Below, piece by piece: positions 35,554 to 46,889 of a stretch of DNA of 64,000 nt. The position numbers and the translations under genes were made by a program. Source of the DNA: Ostrea edulis. Lineage: Eukaryota. The notes beneath the pieces were generated by a model, which was not told the origin of the DNA, did not search any database, and saw nothing but the letters and a program-made list of their open reading frames with translations. Within the stretch, counting starts at the first letter, position 1, and each line of letters opens with the position of its first letter. The stretch is from positions 79,236,001 to 79,300,000 of the forward strand of contig NC_079165.1 in the NCBI RefSeq assembly GCF_947568905.1. Reading direction: 5' to 3'.

Positions 35554-38500
35554 TCATCCAACCAGACTACTAGCTGAAAATAGATTAATGCAATGTGTAG
35601 TTGGAGTTTTTCGTTTTTGCATTAAACCTTCAGATTCTGTATTCGCGCCATGTATAAATAGCAAAGTGAATTACGAACAGATACAGTTTTTTGAAAGAAA
35701 CTGAATCGCTAATATCATTGTAATATCTGCCTCAGACTGAAGACAAGTTGATGAATATTTTAAGATTGAGCAATACAAGTTGATGAATATTTTAAGATTG
35801 AGCAATATAATTCTCTTTCCAACAAGAAGTCTGAAATTCTAGTATGACAAACGCTTACTAATTTCTTCGCCCATGCAGTCTTCATCTATCCTCCCGTCGC
35901 CGTCGCTATCTGAAACAGACATGTTTATTGGTGAGTCTTCTATTTCAAAAATGCGATCAGAACACCAAAATTGTTCTCCATTGCTGCAATTAGGAAATTT
36001 TCGATAAGATTGTAAAGACAATGCAATTAAACCTACAACAGAAATATCTATTACCTAATCTACTATATAAATTGATACTACATATCTTTTCTCTTTTCCA
36101 ACTTTAATCAACAGAGAAGGGTACGCAAAATGAGCAGGGGTGAAACAGTTCATCACGTGACCGACTATTACCCGATCACGTGACGAACTGTTTCCCGGTC
36201 ACATGATGAACTGTTTCCTGGTCTTGTGATCAAATGCTTCCCGGTCACGTGAGAAACTATTGCCCGATTGGTAGATTATGTAATAAAACAGTTATTTCAT
36301 ACCTACTCGAGAAACAGTCAAAACTATGTTCCGAGGTACGAGCACTACCTCGGGACCAGAAAAATATTTAGAAAAATTGTCAAAAAAATTCAGAACTATA
36401 TTTTTTAAATTTCGCACCACAAATCACCGCCTTCCAGCAGAGACTGGCAGATGGATTGGTATTCCATATAATGAAAGATTTTGTGTTTTGTGTAATGAAT
36501 CGAAAATTGCAGACGAAATCCATTATACATCAGAATGCAGTGCTTTGTCAAATATTAGAAAAGAAGACCTACACAGTAGGTACTAGACAAGACCTAATGT
36601 TATTAAATTTCATGAAATTATGTCAACCAGTAAGGTTAAAACACTTTTAAAACTCTGTATGTTTATCTAAAAAATCTATGAGTTAGTTTATCCTCCTTAA
36701 TATATTTTGTAAATACGTTTTCAATACATGTATATTGTATATTTGTACATACTCTGACCATATTCTTACTCAAATGTGGTTTAAGTGAATAAATGAACTT
36801 GAACTTGACAATAGTTTTCACTGTGTCCCGAGTAGGCATGAAATAGGTGTATACTACATAGATTTCATTTCCTTACCTGTTCAATAGAACACGTAACACC
36901 CCCATTACTTTGTTCGAATGAAAACAATCTTTGAAATAATCCCAAATGGATTGCTTGTAATTAAATTATTCAACAGAAATCATAATCCGTTACCTTTTCC
37001 AACAGAGGACACAATCTTGGTGGCTCTACTTATGTCACAGTATATTACCTTTCCCGTCGCAGTGCTCTTCATCTACCTCTCCATCACAGTCATTGTCAAT
37101 TTCATCCCCTATCGTCATCGCATGGGTTCGACATCCCTTCATTATGAAGACCAGAAAGAATAATTAAAACAACAAAAACACTGGTTAGTTATAATTTGAT
37201 TAGATATTGCTGGTGGGTAATTTTTCGGTACAGTTATTGCTTTGCTTCTAAAGGTCATGAGAGTTGGAGTGATATATTTTTGTCACTTGATTGATATGAC
37301 CAAGTGTGAAAAAGTAATCTAGAAAACCTCACAGAATTAATAGGTGCCATTAATAATCCGATGGGAAATCCATAAGATTCCCGATTGGCTTTGCCGAATA
37401 GGATTGCCCCTATCGTGGTACTAGGGTTACTGTGGCTAACGGTATGAGTCCCTTCAGCAATACTGATGTACCCTCCCACCAGATGGGTTCCAGGAATGTG
37501 TACGTATTTCTGTTCGTGGGGTAATCGATGTCCGTCAAGTAGTAGACCACCTTTGTGTTTGGCGTCAGTGACAAACATGAAGTAGTTTTGATACTGTCCT
37601 AAGGAATATTTGGGAGTAGTGAAGGTATAGTCTGTCGCGTATTGTTCAATGGGTGGGACAGTGATCAGGGAAGGGTCGGAGTTTTCGTGTCTGTTCTGGG
37701 TCACTGAAAACTCGTACAAGGCAATTGGTTTACTGGCGACCACGTGGGAATACAGAAACGAACTGTACATCTTCTGTGCGTGACTTCCAGCATGGCGGAT
37801 AATAAAATGTTCAGAGAAAAGGGTGCCGTTGATTTTACCAGTGATATTGACTTCAGTGTTGTCTTGACTGGCTACGAACCGGAAAATATCTCCCACGTTT
37901 CTTTCAGGAATTGGTACAGTGACAAAGTTTTTGCCCCAAGCTCGAATGGGTAGTAACATCTCAGTCAAGTGGTCACGCGAATTTCCAGTATTGCCAACAA
38001 TTGTTTTTTTATTCCCGCTGATGACACCTACGGGATAATCAGAAATGACGTGACTTCCGGTGAGATCTCCAACAGAACTAATCTGAAAGGTATCATATCT
38101 ATTCATGGTGACATTAATCCACTGGTTTCTGTGATAAGTGTGATGTCTGTAAGAAACACTGACATTTCTGTGACTTGGAAGTTTTATTGCGACATGAGTG
38201 TTGTTTTCTGTAGCAATAACGGCAAAGACACAATAATGATATGATGGAGCATAAGATATGGTGTAATATTCTGACCCTAGGACGTCAGTAGGCAGAGCAA
38301 GATATCCATCATCCGAATGAACTTCTCTGTTAACCCCGTACACAACTATGTCCTTATTGGCTGTTATCTCTATAGCCTTGTGAGACATCTCAGTGTGATT
38401 TAACCGGAAGTCAGGGCTGACCGTTAGTTGATGTACTATTCCACGGCTAACCACAAAACTTTGATTGACATGAGGATTAGAAGTACCGGGTGAGGTCACG

Positions 38501-40040
38501 TGGACATGAACCGGTGTGTTGCTAGCCGTGGTGATGAAGATCTCAGGACTGATATCTTGACGCTTAGTGAAGTTATCTAGGAAGGCAATGAGGAAGTGTG
38601 TCCCTCTGCTATCTAGGGCACCTGAATAAAATCCGACAGCATATGTATTGATTGTCGTTTTATCGTACGATATTATATGATTTTTATTCAATATAGAATG
38701 AACGTTGCTTGATTATACTTCAGTCACTTATCCACCGATGGCGGTAACATCAACATAAGGCAAATTACAATTTAATAGAAATCCTTTGGGTTTTTTTAAC
38801 TACACACGAAACATCCATGATGCATCAGGACGCAGATGCACAAACGTTTGTTAGATATAACTGTTTGTTTCATGGCGTTCGACTTGATCTCTGTGTTAAT
38901 TAAAAATGCGTAGTATTATTTGCCATGTCGTTTACGGTGCACAGATATATGCCCAACGATTTTACAATTTTTCTGTGAAATTCGGCCCGATATAATTGGC
39001 TGCAATAATGTAGCCCTATCCGATTTTTTTTTTATTCTGCCGTTTTCGGGATAGGGCTATATTTCCATAGGATCTCCGTAATGGTGCAAAATAATGTTAT
39101 GAATAACCGATAATAAGCTCCATGTATTAGTCCCAAATGTTGTTTACACCAATAGGAGTACCAACTTTGTGCTTGGGTGTGTCTAAATAAGGCGTTTTTG
39201 ATTAAATATAATGTATAGCATGCAAAATTCTTTGTCTGCTCTGACATGCTTGTTATAGCGAGATCTCGTAGGAGGATATACTAAAAAAAAACATAAACAT
39301 TGACAATCTGCGCGAAAATGTAGTTATTCCAACCATTCCGACAAAGAAAGAAAAATCATATGGTTGCAGAAATAATTTACACTCTGCTGTTCGTTTTTTA
39401 ACTTGAAATTAAATCTAAACCTTTTTAATACCGACGAAATAACTTTCGCCTCCGTACTTGTCCATTGATGTAAATACTACCTTATATGGCATATGCAAAT
39501 AACTTGTCAATCGGAAGTTGAAACTTCAGTACATCAAACATGTCGCACAAATATGAATCGAGAAATTGGAATATATCGAAATTGATGAAAATGGTAGAAT
39601 AGAGCCTCATAAATCTTAAGTTACGGGTTGTAAAATATATTGACTAAGAAACATAGAATAGCATTTTATTTACATAAAGAAAGTCAGCAAATGTTTAAAA
39701 TGATCAAAAATGTCCTGGGAGTGAATCACTCCCGCATTTGCACCATTACAGATATCTTAAGAAATTGTTGCCCTCTCCCAAAACAAAAATCGGAGAGGGC
39801 TACATTATTGCAGCTAGATATAATCAGTGGATAAATGACGATGTGTATGAAATCATTGTAGAAAAATACAATAAAGGTGAACTGAGGTTTAAAAGATGTA
39901 ACTGTACAATTTTTTATTGACACTCTACCACCGTAATGGTGCCTGTGCTTCAGAATTTACGTAATATTTCAAATATCAGAAAAACTCATCTTACAGTTTG
40001 CCAGGGGAAGTAGGATGAGCACCCTCCACAGCGAATTCAT
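35554..40040 (-). CDS. Paralogue B: secreted IgGFc-binding-domain protein, 5 exons (40040-39995; 38621-37333; 37136-37049; 35909-35859; 35573-35554), 497 aa
   Basis: Signal exon MNSLWRVLILLPLAN(C); same phases as A (46+1289+88+51+20=1494 nt); terminal TSSLVG* matches TSSVIG* of A; AATAAA at 35436-35441. Confidence 0.85.
36360..36808 (+). mobile_element. Non-LTR retrotransposon 3' end (C-terminal Cys/His finger) inserted in the shared intronic element
   Basis: KFRTTNHRLPAETGRW...ERFCVLCNESKIADEIHY...C, then an AATAAA and (GAACTT)n tail; absent from the A copy at ~18418. Confidence 0.7.
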
Positions 40041-40227
40041 GACTGGAATAAATATATCGCGTGAATTCAAAATTATATTGTTGCAAGATAAGATGGCAGT
40101 ATCAGAAGGGTCACCACTGTGTAGGAGTGCACTGACTTTGCAGGGATTCGTAGTTCACGTAGTACAAAATGATTCTTTTAAAAGTAAATCCGTAGTAAGA
40201 AGATGTAAAGAATACGAATATTATTCA

Positions 40228-40362
40228 TGAAAGGTGGAGATAACGAACAATGATCAATCTCATAATTCATATAAGCAATACTAAATAGTGAGTTGGACAA
40301 ACACGGACCCCTGGATATACCAGAGTTGGGATCAGGTGCCTAGGAGGAGTAAGCATCCCCAT
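40228..40362 (-). mobile_element. Penelope-like 3' UTR fragment upstream of paralogue B
   Basis: Shared family terminus. Confidence 0.7.
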
Positions 40363-41004
40363 GTGTTTTGATTGCCGCAATGGGGTTTTAAGGTATTTTC
40401 CCTTTCATAAAGACAATTATATTACCAAATGAAAGCATTTTAAAACCTGATGTATTCATCTTGTAAGAATACATGCATAGTTATTAGTAGTAAAGATAAA
40501 TAAGTTCTAGAATATAATTACCGCTAAAATAAAGAAGATGACAGTGTTTTTTCTCTCTTTGTTTTTTGAAAACGATCTTGATGGAATAGCAAATCAATTA
40601 AGTTCAATCCCCATAGCAACAAGTATTGGACAAAGTGGTTGGAAAACAGATCTAGGAAAGAGACTGCTGTACCTCTAGTATACATCACAAATCCTAATCC
40701 ATTATAAACGTGTAAAAAGGCACTTTCGAAAATGTGGTTTGCTTTTGATAAGTCTATGGCAAAATGTGTACAATCAACAATTTGTACATGCTGTATCGGG
40801 TGTCCATCCACTAGCAATTTAAGGAATTGTTTTTCATGTATCGTAATAGATTATTTTGTATATGGGGCTATCCAGCTGATTGATGATGCTTCATACTTAA
40901 TATTCCTAGGAGGGAGTTGAACCAACAACATTATAAGTAAAAAAAAAAAAGAAAGATGACAATAAAGAATATGTTTGTTTATGTCTAAAAATTGTTTCTT
41001 GAGC

Positions 41005-41860
41005 ATCTGCCCAAGACCAAAATAAAGTCACTGCTGCTGCAGTAATCACAAACGACGTTTTCTCTGCACAACTTTCAAATGAAGCAACAATTTATACCGC
41101 CGAAGCAAAGGCTATTCAGCTTGCGTTTGAATACGTAAAAACTTCTAATGACAAACATTTTACTATATTATCAGACTCCCTAAGTATCATGTCTTCAGTC
41201 AATAAACAACATGAATATTGATCATCCATATATTTTAGATATCTTACACCGGTACTATCTTTTAACTAAACAAGGTAAAATGATTTAGTTCTGCTGGATC
41301 CCAAGTCACATTGGTATCCATGGCAACACCAAAGCAGACAAAGCGGCCAAAAATGCACTTCAAAGTGACATTGTACGCTTCAAAATTCCATACACTGATT
41401 TTAAATATTTCATAAAACTAAATGTTAATTCTCTTTGGCAAATCTATTGGGATTTCTGTGACACAAGTGAACTTTATTCTATTTAAAACAAAGTAAACAA
41501 ATCGTGTAACATCGTAATGAAACGTCAAGACGAAGTGATTATTTTAAGAATACGCATCGGACATTCCAAATTGACCCATTCGTACCTACTAAACAGAGAA
41601 CCTCAGCCTGAATGCATATCTTGTGACTATCCATTAACTATACATCACATTCTTTTAGAATGAAGTGATTTTACGCCCATACAAAATAATCTTTTTAATA
41701 GTGTACAAACAATGAAAGAACTATTTACAAATATTGACAATCATTATATTATACAATATTTACAAGAATGCGACGTTTACAGAAAACTTTGAAAACTTTT
41801 ATAATACAGCTGTTTATATACACAAATTGATTTTACTTTCCTAACCTCTTTATATATTTT
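41005..41860 (+). mobile_element. Decayed RNase H-bearing non-LTR retrotransposon 3' part (I/Nimb-like group)
   Basis: Hand translation gives IYTAEAKAI, ILSDSLS, FCWIPSHIGIHGNTKADKAAKNAL, then RIRIGHSKLTHSYLL...CISC..PLTIHHILLE, with frameshifts. Confidence 0.75.
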
Positions 41861-42109
41861 TAACTTTTATGTCCGTCAGATGGGAAGTACAAAATATACC
41901 ATATATATTCTTGCTACATATGACAATAGGCATTGATCGATGAGCAATTGCCCTAGTCATCCCAACCTACATCATTTATTTGATTGTCCAAATATCTTTG
42001 AAATGGTTGAGATTCCAACCCCGTAAAGGAAATATATTCTTGTTGAATGCACTGACCACAAGGTTTTGTTCATCGTTTCCCTACCCCATTTGCACCTCAA
42101 GGTGAAAAA

Positions 42110-42720
42110 GAAAATTCCGAACACTTATTGCACATATAAAGAACAACACCAATCATCTTCCAAATGATTATTTGGCTACTACATAAAATGTAAGAGTTCT
42201 TGGAACCAAGTTTTTCTATAGACAAAATGTTTTTCAACCTACAATTAATACTCAGGTGAAAATGAAGATTCCGAAATTTATTGCACATCTATAGGATACC
42301 ATTAATTACATTTGTACCCTCCAAAGATGATTTGTCTACTGTGTAAAATGTACGAGAAGTTATAGGAACCAAGGCTTTTTTGTCATAGAAACATCGCTTC
42401 TTTTTTTTTTTTTTACCCCATTTAGCCCCTAGGATGAAAATTCTGAAAACGTATTGCATATCTACAGGACACCATCAGTCGTCTTCCAAAAGATTAGCTG
42501 GCTACTACGTAAAATGTAAGAGGAGTTCTGGGAACCAGGTCTCCATAGAAAATCGTCGTTTTTCTACTTCCATTTAGACCCCATGGAAAATAGAAATTCC
42601 GAAACCTTATTGCACATCTACAGGACACCACCAATTATCTTCCAAAAGATGATTTGGCTATTACGTAAAATATATGTGGAGTTCTGTGAACCAGGTTTTT
42701 CTAAAAAAGGAAAAACTTTT
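42110..42720. repeat. ~155-175-bp degenerate tandem repeat, 4 copies
   Basis: CCGAAA..TTATTGCACATCTA recurs at ~42118, 42271, 42445 and 42599. A Helentron core-repeat origin is inference. Confidence 0.7.
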
Positions 42721-42814
42721 TGATCATTCTCACCCATATTGAGACATCATCTGCTGTATGTGAAGTAACACACATTTAGACCTATGCTTAACGCCGAGGG
42801 ACGTAGTAGTGATG

Positions 42815-43585
42815 GTTTTTTAACATGTCAACGTCTGGTGCGACACGGGACCTCTGTTTTAAAGTCATATCCGAAAGTCCCGTAACTATCAATTCTAAAT
42901 GACGAGCATTTGTCGAAGGAGCAATGAAAGGTGAAGATAACGAACAGTGATCAATTTCATAACTCCTACAAGCAATACAAAATAGAGAGTTGGGCAAACA
43001 CGGACCCTGGGACACACCAGAGGTAGGACCAGGAGCCTAGGAGAGTAAACATCCCCTATCGACCGGTCACACCCGCCATGAGCCCTATATCCTGATCAGG
43101 TAAACGGGAGTTATCCGTAGTCAAACTCAGTGTGCCAACAATGGCCTAACAATCGGTATGAAACACGTCAGACAGCATTTGACCCAATGATAGGCTGTAT
43201 TGACAAACTAGATCGTTATAACGACCATAGAATTTGCGAGATGCTGATTCCAATCGAGACTGTTGAAACCCCTATACCATCAACTTGTTTGTCAGTAGCT
43301 TACCTCGATTTAAAAACTTACTATACTTAGAACAAGCTCTTGCATATCGAATCAGTTGAGATATATAAACACCATAATGAGGTGATAATTGATTATTGCT
43401 ACATATATATGAGAAGTTGACGATGGAGAAGCTGAAATCATCCCGTTTGTTATACAGTTGAGTTTTCAGTTTGCCGTTAATGTCTACTTTCAATCAAATA
43501 TCTAAGCAATATGTTTACGTCTTAGGTTTGACGCGGTCATGACACGAGCTGTGATCCAACTTCCGACCTCTCGGTTACGAAGCAA
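42815..43585 (-). mobile_element. tRNA-headed SINE split by a Penelope-like insertion
   Basis: Parts 42815-42925 and ~43484-43585 align colinearly with the 4800-5110 SINE; A-box-like CTCAGTGGTAGAGCG on the minus strand. Confidence 0.6.
42926..43483 (-). mobile_element. Penelope-like RT C-terminus plus 3' UTR
   Basis: ORF DINGKLKTQLYNKRDDFSFSIVNF...YGVYISQLIRYARACSKY plus the family UTR. Confidence 0.75.
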
Positions 43586-45639
43586 ACGCTCTACCACTGA
43601 GTTTTTAATGGTAGGTACAGTTTTATAGGGCATTTCAAAAAGAATTCCTTGGTAGTGCCTCTCAGTTGACAGACGAAGTTTGCAACCTTGTTGTTATATA
43701 TAGAGTGGGTTACGAATTTTTATAAAACGTTTATTTTAGGTAATTTTTCGGATCGATGGTATAGGTTAGATTACAAATATGTTATAAAAAGATGATTTAT
43801 GGGGGGGGGAAGTCGAAAAGGCTCGGGGGTCTATATCGGGGGGGGGGGGGGGTTCTTGTCCTCAAGCACCTTTGATTATACTCACCAAATGTTTCATTCA
43901 CACACTTTAGTGAATTCAATAAATTATTAATAAAAACATAATACAAAAAACCAGACAGTACACTTCCTTGCCGTACACCTTGCTTGGTTTCGAACGAATG
44001 GGACATGTGATCACTTACAGCTACTATACTTTCATTGTCACAAAGACAGTCTTCTGTGATTTTCTATATTTTACTCTTTAGATCCATTTTATGAAGTTTT
44101 ACCGTATGACCTTTCTCCAAACTGTGTCGTGTGAAATTGTAGTCTAAAATGTTATATTTACAGGAATGCCATGATCATTGTAATGCCAATTACAATTTAC
44201 ATAACTGAGATTAAATCTTGCAGTAATGTAATTCAGATCCTTCTAAATGTTTACCTGTTGGGGGAGGTTAGTTTTGTTAGTTATGATATTTGATGCCCTA
44301 TCCTATAGTGTTTATTCACGCAGTTTCAGAAAGTACAACAAAAGGTGTTTCAAAATAACAATAATCTAATCATGTTTCTTAGAACTTTATTTTTATAGTA
44401 GAAACAGCCATACACACACAGCCAAGGTATTTTATAGTGTTCATCCTTCACTTTCTAGCCAATGATTGCTGAAAAAGAGAAAAATAGTTAATACATTTCC
44501 AATGTCCTTACACTTATAATAACGATTCTTGGCTTTTATGACCAGATAATACCCATCCAGAAATGTTTCTGTGACATCAGTGTTAGCATTACATTTCATT
44601 ATCAAACACTTGCCAATTTTTATTCGCGATCGAGAAATGTTTACGAAGTTTGCCTCACAATGGCGAATATTTCTTGCCGCGAACCAGTCCTATTTAAAAT
44701 TTCTCTTATTTGTTTAATGTAATGCCGGTCGCGAAAATTAGTCACCGATAACCAATTTATCATACGTAAACTGCGAAATAAAGTCTTCGCGAACTTAAGT
44801 TAGATTACAATATGATTAATTGTCATAGGTTTGGACAGTTTCAGGATTGAACATTTTAGTTTGCTAATATAATGAACATTTAAGCTTGCACATCGTAGTC
44901 ACTTGGGAATAGTGCAGTTTCCCTGTATTTTAATAATCTGTTATCCACAACACTAAAAGTCTCATTTACCCCCCATTGTAATTTATCCTGATGATTACGT
45001 AAATACTGAATGGCATGTCATTAATTTATAATTATTGTTTTACCTGGATGGAAGTTAGAATGAAATAGGTGGGAAAAGATGTACAACAGGCAATACAGTA
45101 TCTTCGCAAACCAAGCTTGGATTTTTCGAAAAGAACTTTTAAGTCTGGGATTTTGCTCAAATTTTGACTGCTCAAATAAAACAAAACTCAAACTTGAGAT
45201 TAAGATTATTGTTTCGATAGATCCAACCCTGGTGTCCAATTCAAGGAGTGAATAAAATCAATCTAATCGGGCACTTGGCTTGCAAACATGGTGTCACTGT
45301 ACCATGTATCCGTAAACATACATTCATGTTTTGTTCAAAGCAAATGTCTCCCCAGTTCCCAAAATTGAAATTGCACCAAATTACACCCCCTCTCCTTAAT
45401 GTATTATATATTATGGAGGAGAGAGCATGAGCAGGAACATAAACATTATGAACTGCACTTTGTGAATGGATGAAAAAGATGCAGAAAAGATTCAACTTCG
45501 ATACGACCAATAGCATTGCTGTATATGATACAAAATTAATGACTGTTATGCTGAAGTACCAGTTGGAAAGGGAATACACCCTTGAACATGAAAAACGCTA
45601 TAAAACACTCCTCTTTGATCCACTGTAAAGTGTAGGAAA

Positions 45640-45968
45640 ATATCAGATCCCTGGGTCAGAACAATGTGAACATCAATAAATGATAATGAAGTATTGTGTA
45701 AAATGTTAAGGATATCAGATAAGCCATATAGGAGAAGTGTTCACAAGCTATTTTACATCCTCTCCCCCTCTGAGATTCACTATGACTTTTTTGTCCTCCT
45801 GTCCTGACAATATCCACATCTACAATGCAGGATTGTGCAAAGTTTCAAGTATCTCCGATAAGCCATACAGCAGGATAAGTCTTCACAAAATTGTGTGGCA
45901 GACAGACAGACAGACAGAAAGTACAAATACAATATGTCTCTCCCCAGAAGAGGGGAATATACAAATGT
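45640..45968 (+). mobile_element. Helentron-associated non-autonomous element 3' end (HINE/pearl-like)
   Basis: Core-type sequence followed by (CAGA)n at ~45899-45917 and the short hairpin TCCCC-AGAAGA-GGGGA. Confidence 0.5.
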
Positions 45969-46616
45969 AATTAATCGTTGTAAAGAGGATACCAATATAG
46001 ATTCCATAAACAATGCATACAAGTGACTTAAATATATGAATAATAATAGAAAATAGTAATGATGTATGGAGTACAAATATACACATAGAACTTGTAATTT
46101 CCATACCACGACTGGCTTGTATGGTTTAACAGAAGCTGGGGGGACCATGATATGTAGGCATTCTTACCAATTTTTGACAATGAAATTACAACATGAATAT
46201 TTCCTCGCCATAAAGAAGTAGAAGGGCCGCTATAATGATAGTATCCTCATTACATAGCCAATCTGCCCCCCCCCCCTTTTTTGAGCTGGCAAAATGAATA
46301 AAATCCATGTAAGGGGAAGCCTCACTATGAAACTCTGAAGGGGAAGAGCCACTTTAATTGTCAACAGAGTAAGAATAACTATACAGTCATTCCTCAGGGG
46401 AAGTCTTATGATGGGGCAGGGGGTCGACTCGGTATATAGCACCAGTAATTTTTTCACAACACATTACATGTATGCCAATTAAATAAATCTGAAAATGGAG
46501 AAAGGTAGATAAAATTGTCAAGACTACCTTATGTAGCGTGTAAAATTAAAGATTTGTCACGTAATGCGGAGTCGGCTTGTCACGTGATGTACGATTTTTC
46601 TAAGTGTGTAAGATTA

Positions 46617-46840
46617 GATGGTTGGCTAGTTGTATATTGTTTAACGCCCCACTTTCACTCATATGCCGGTAAAGGGTTGCAGGCCTGTGCTCGGCGTTTG
46701 TGGCATTTCTTTATCGTTGCACCCCTGCTGTGACACGGGAGCTCGTTTTTATGGTCTCAAAGGAAGGACCGCCCCATTTAGTGGTCTCTTACAACAAGCA
46801 AGGGGTACTGAGGACCTATTCTAACCCTGATCCCCACAGG
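46617..46840 (-). mobile_element. SINE copy
   Basis: Family motifs and (TTGG)-type tail. Confidence 0.7.
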
Positions 46841-46889
46841 ATATGATTTATTTGGACCTAGAAGAAGAATGCTTTGATAGTATACTCAC

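Noticed and set aside
38622-38691. N-terminal extension MNKNHIISYDKTT... of ORF 37255-38691 (and the equivalent at 31653)
   Set aside because: Intronic: a TTTTATTCAG acceptor and a phase-matched signal-peptide exon upstream explain the real start.
46450-46490. Candidate last exon of paralogue D (TTTTCAG/ATTTATTTAATTGG...TGA)
   Set aside because: Phase-compatible but not similar to the TSS(V/L)(I/V)G* exon of A and B; an alternative acceptor at ~45550 is equally possible.
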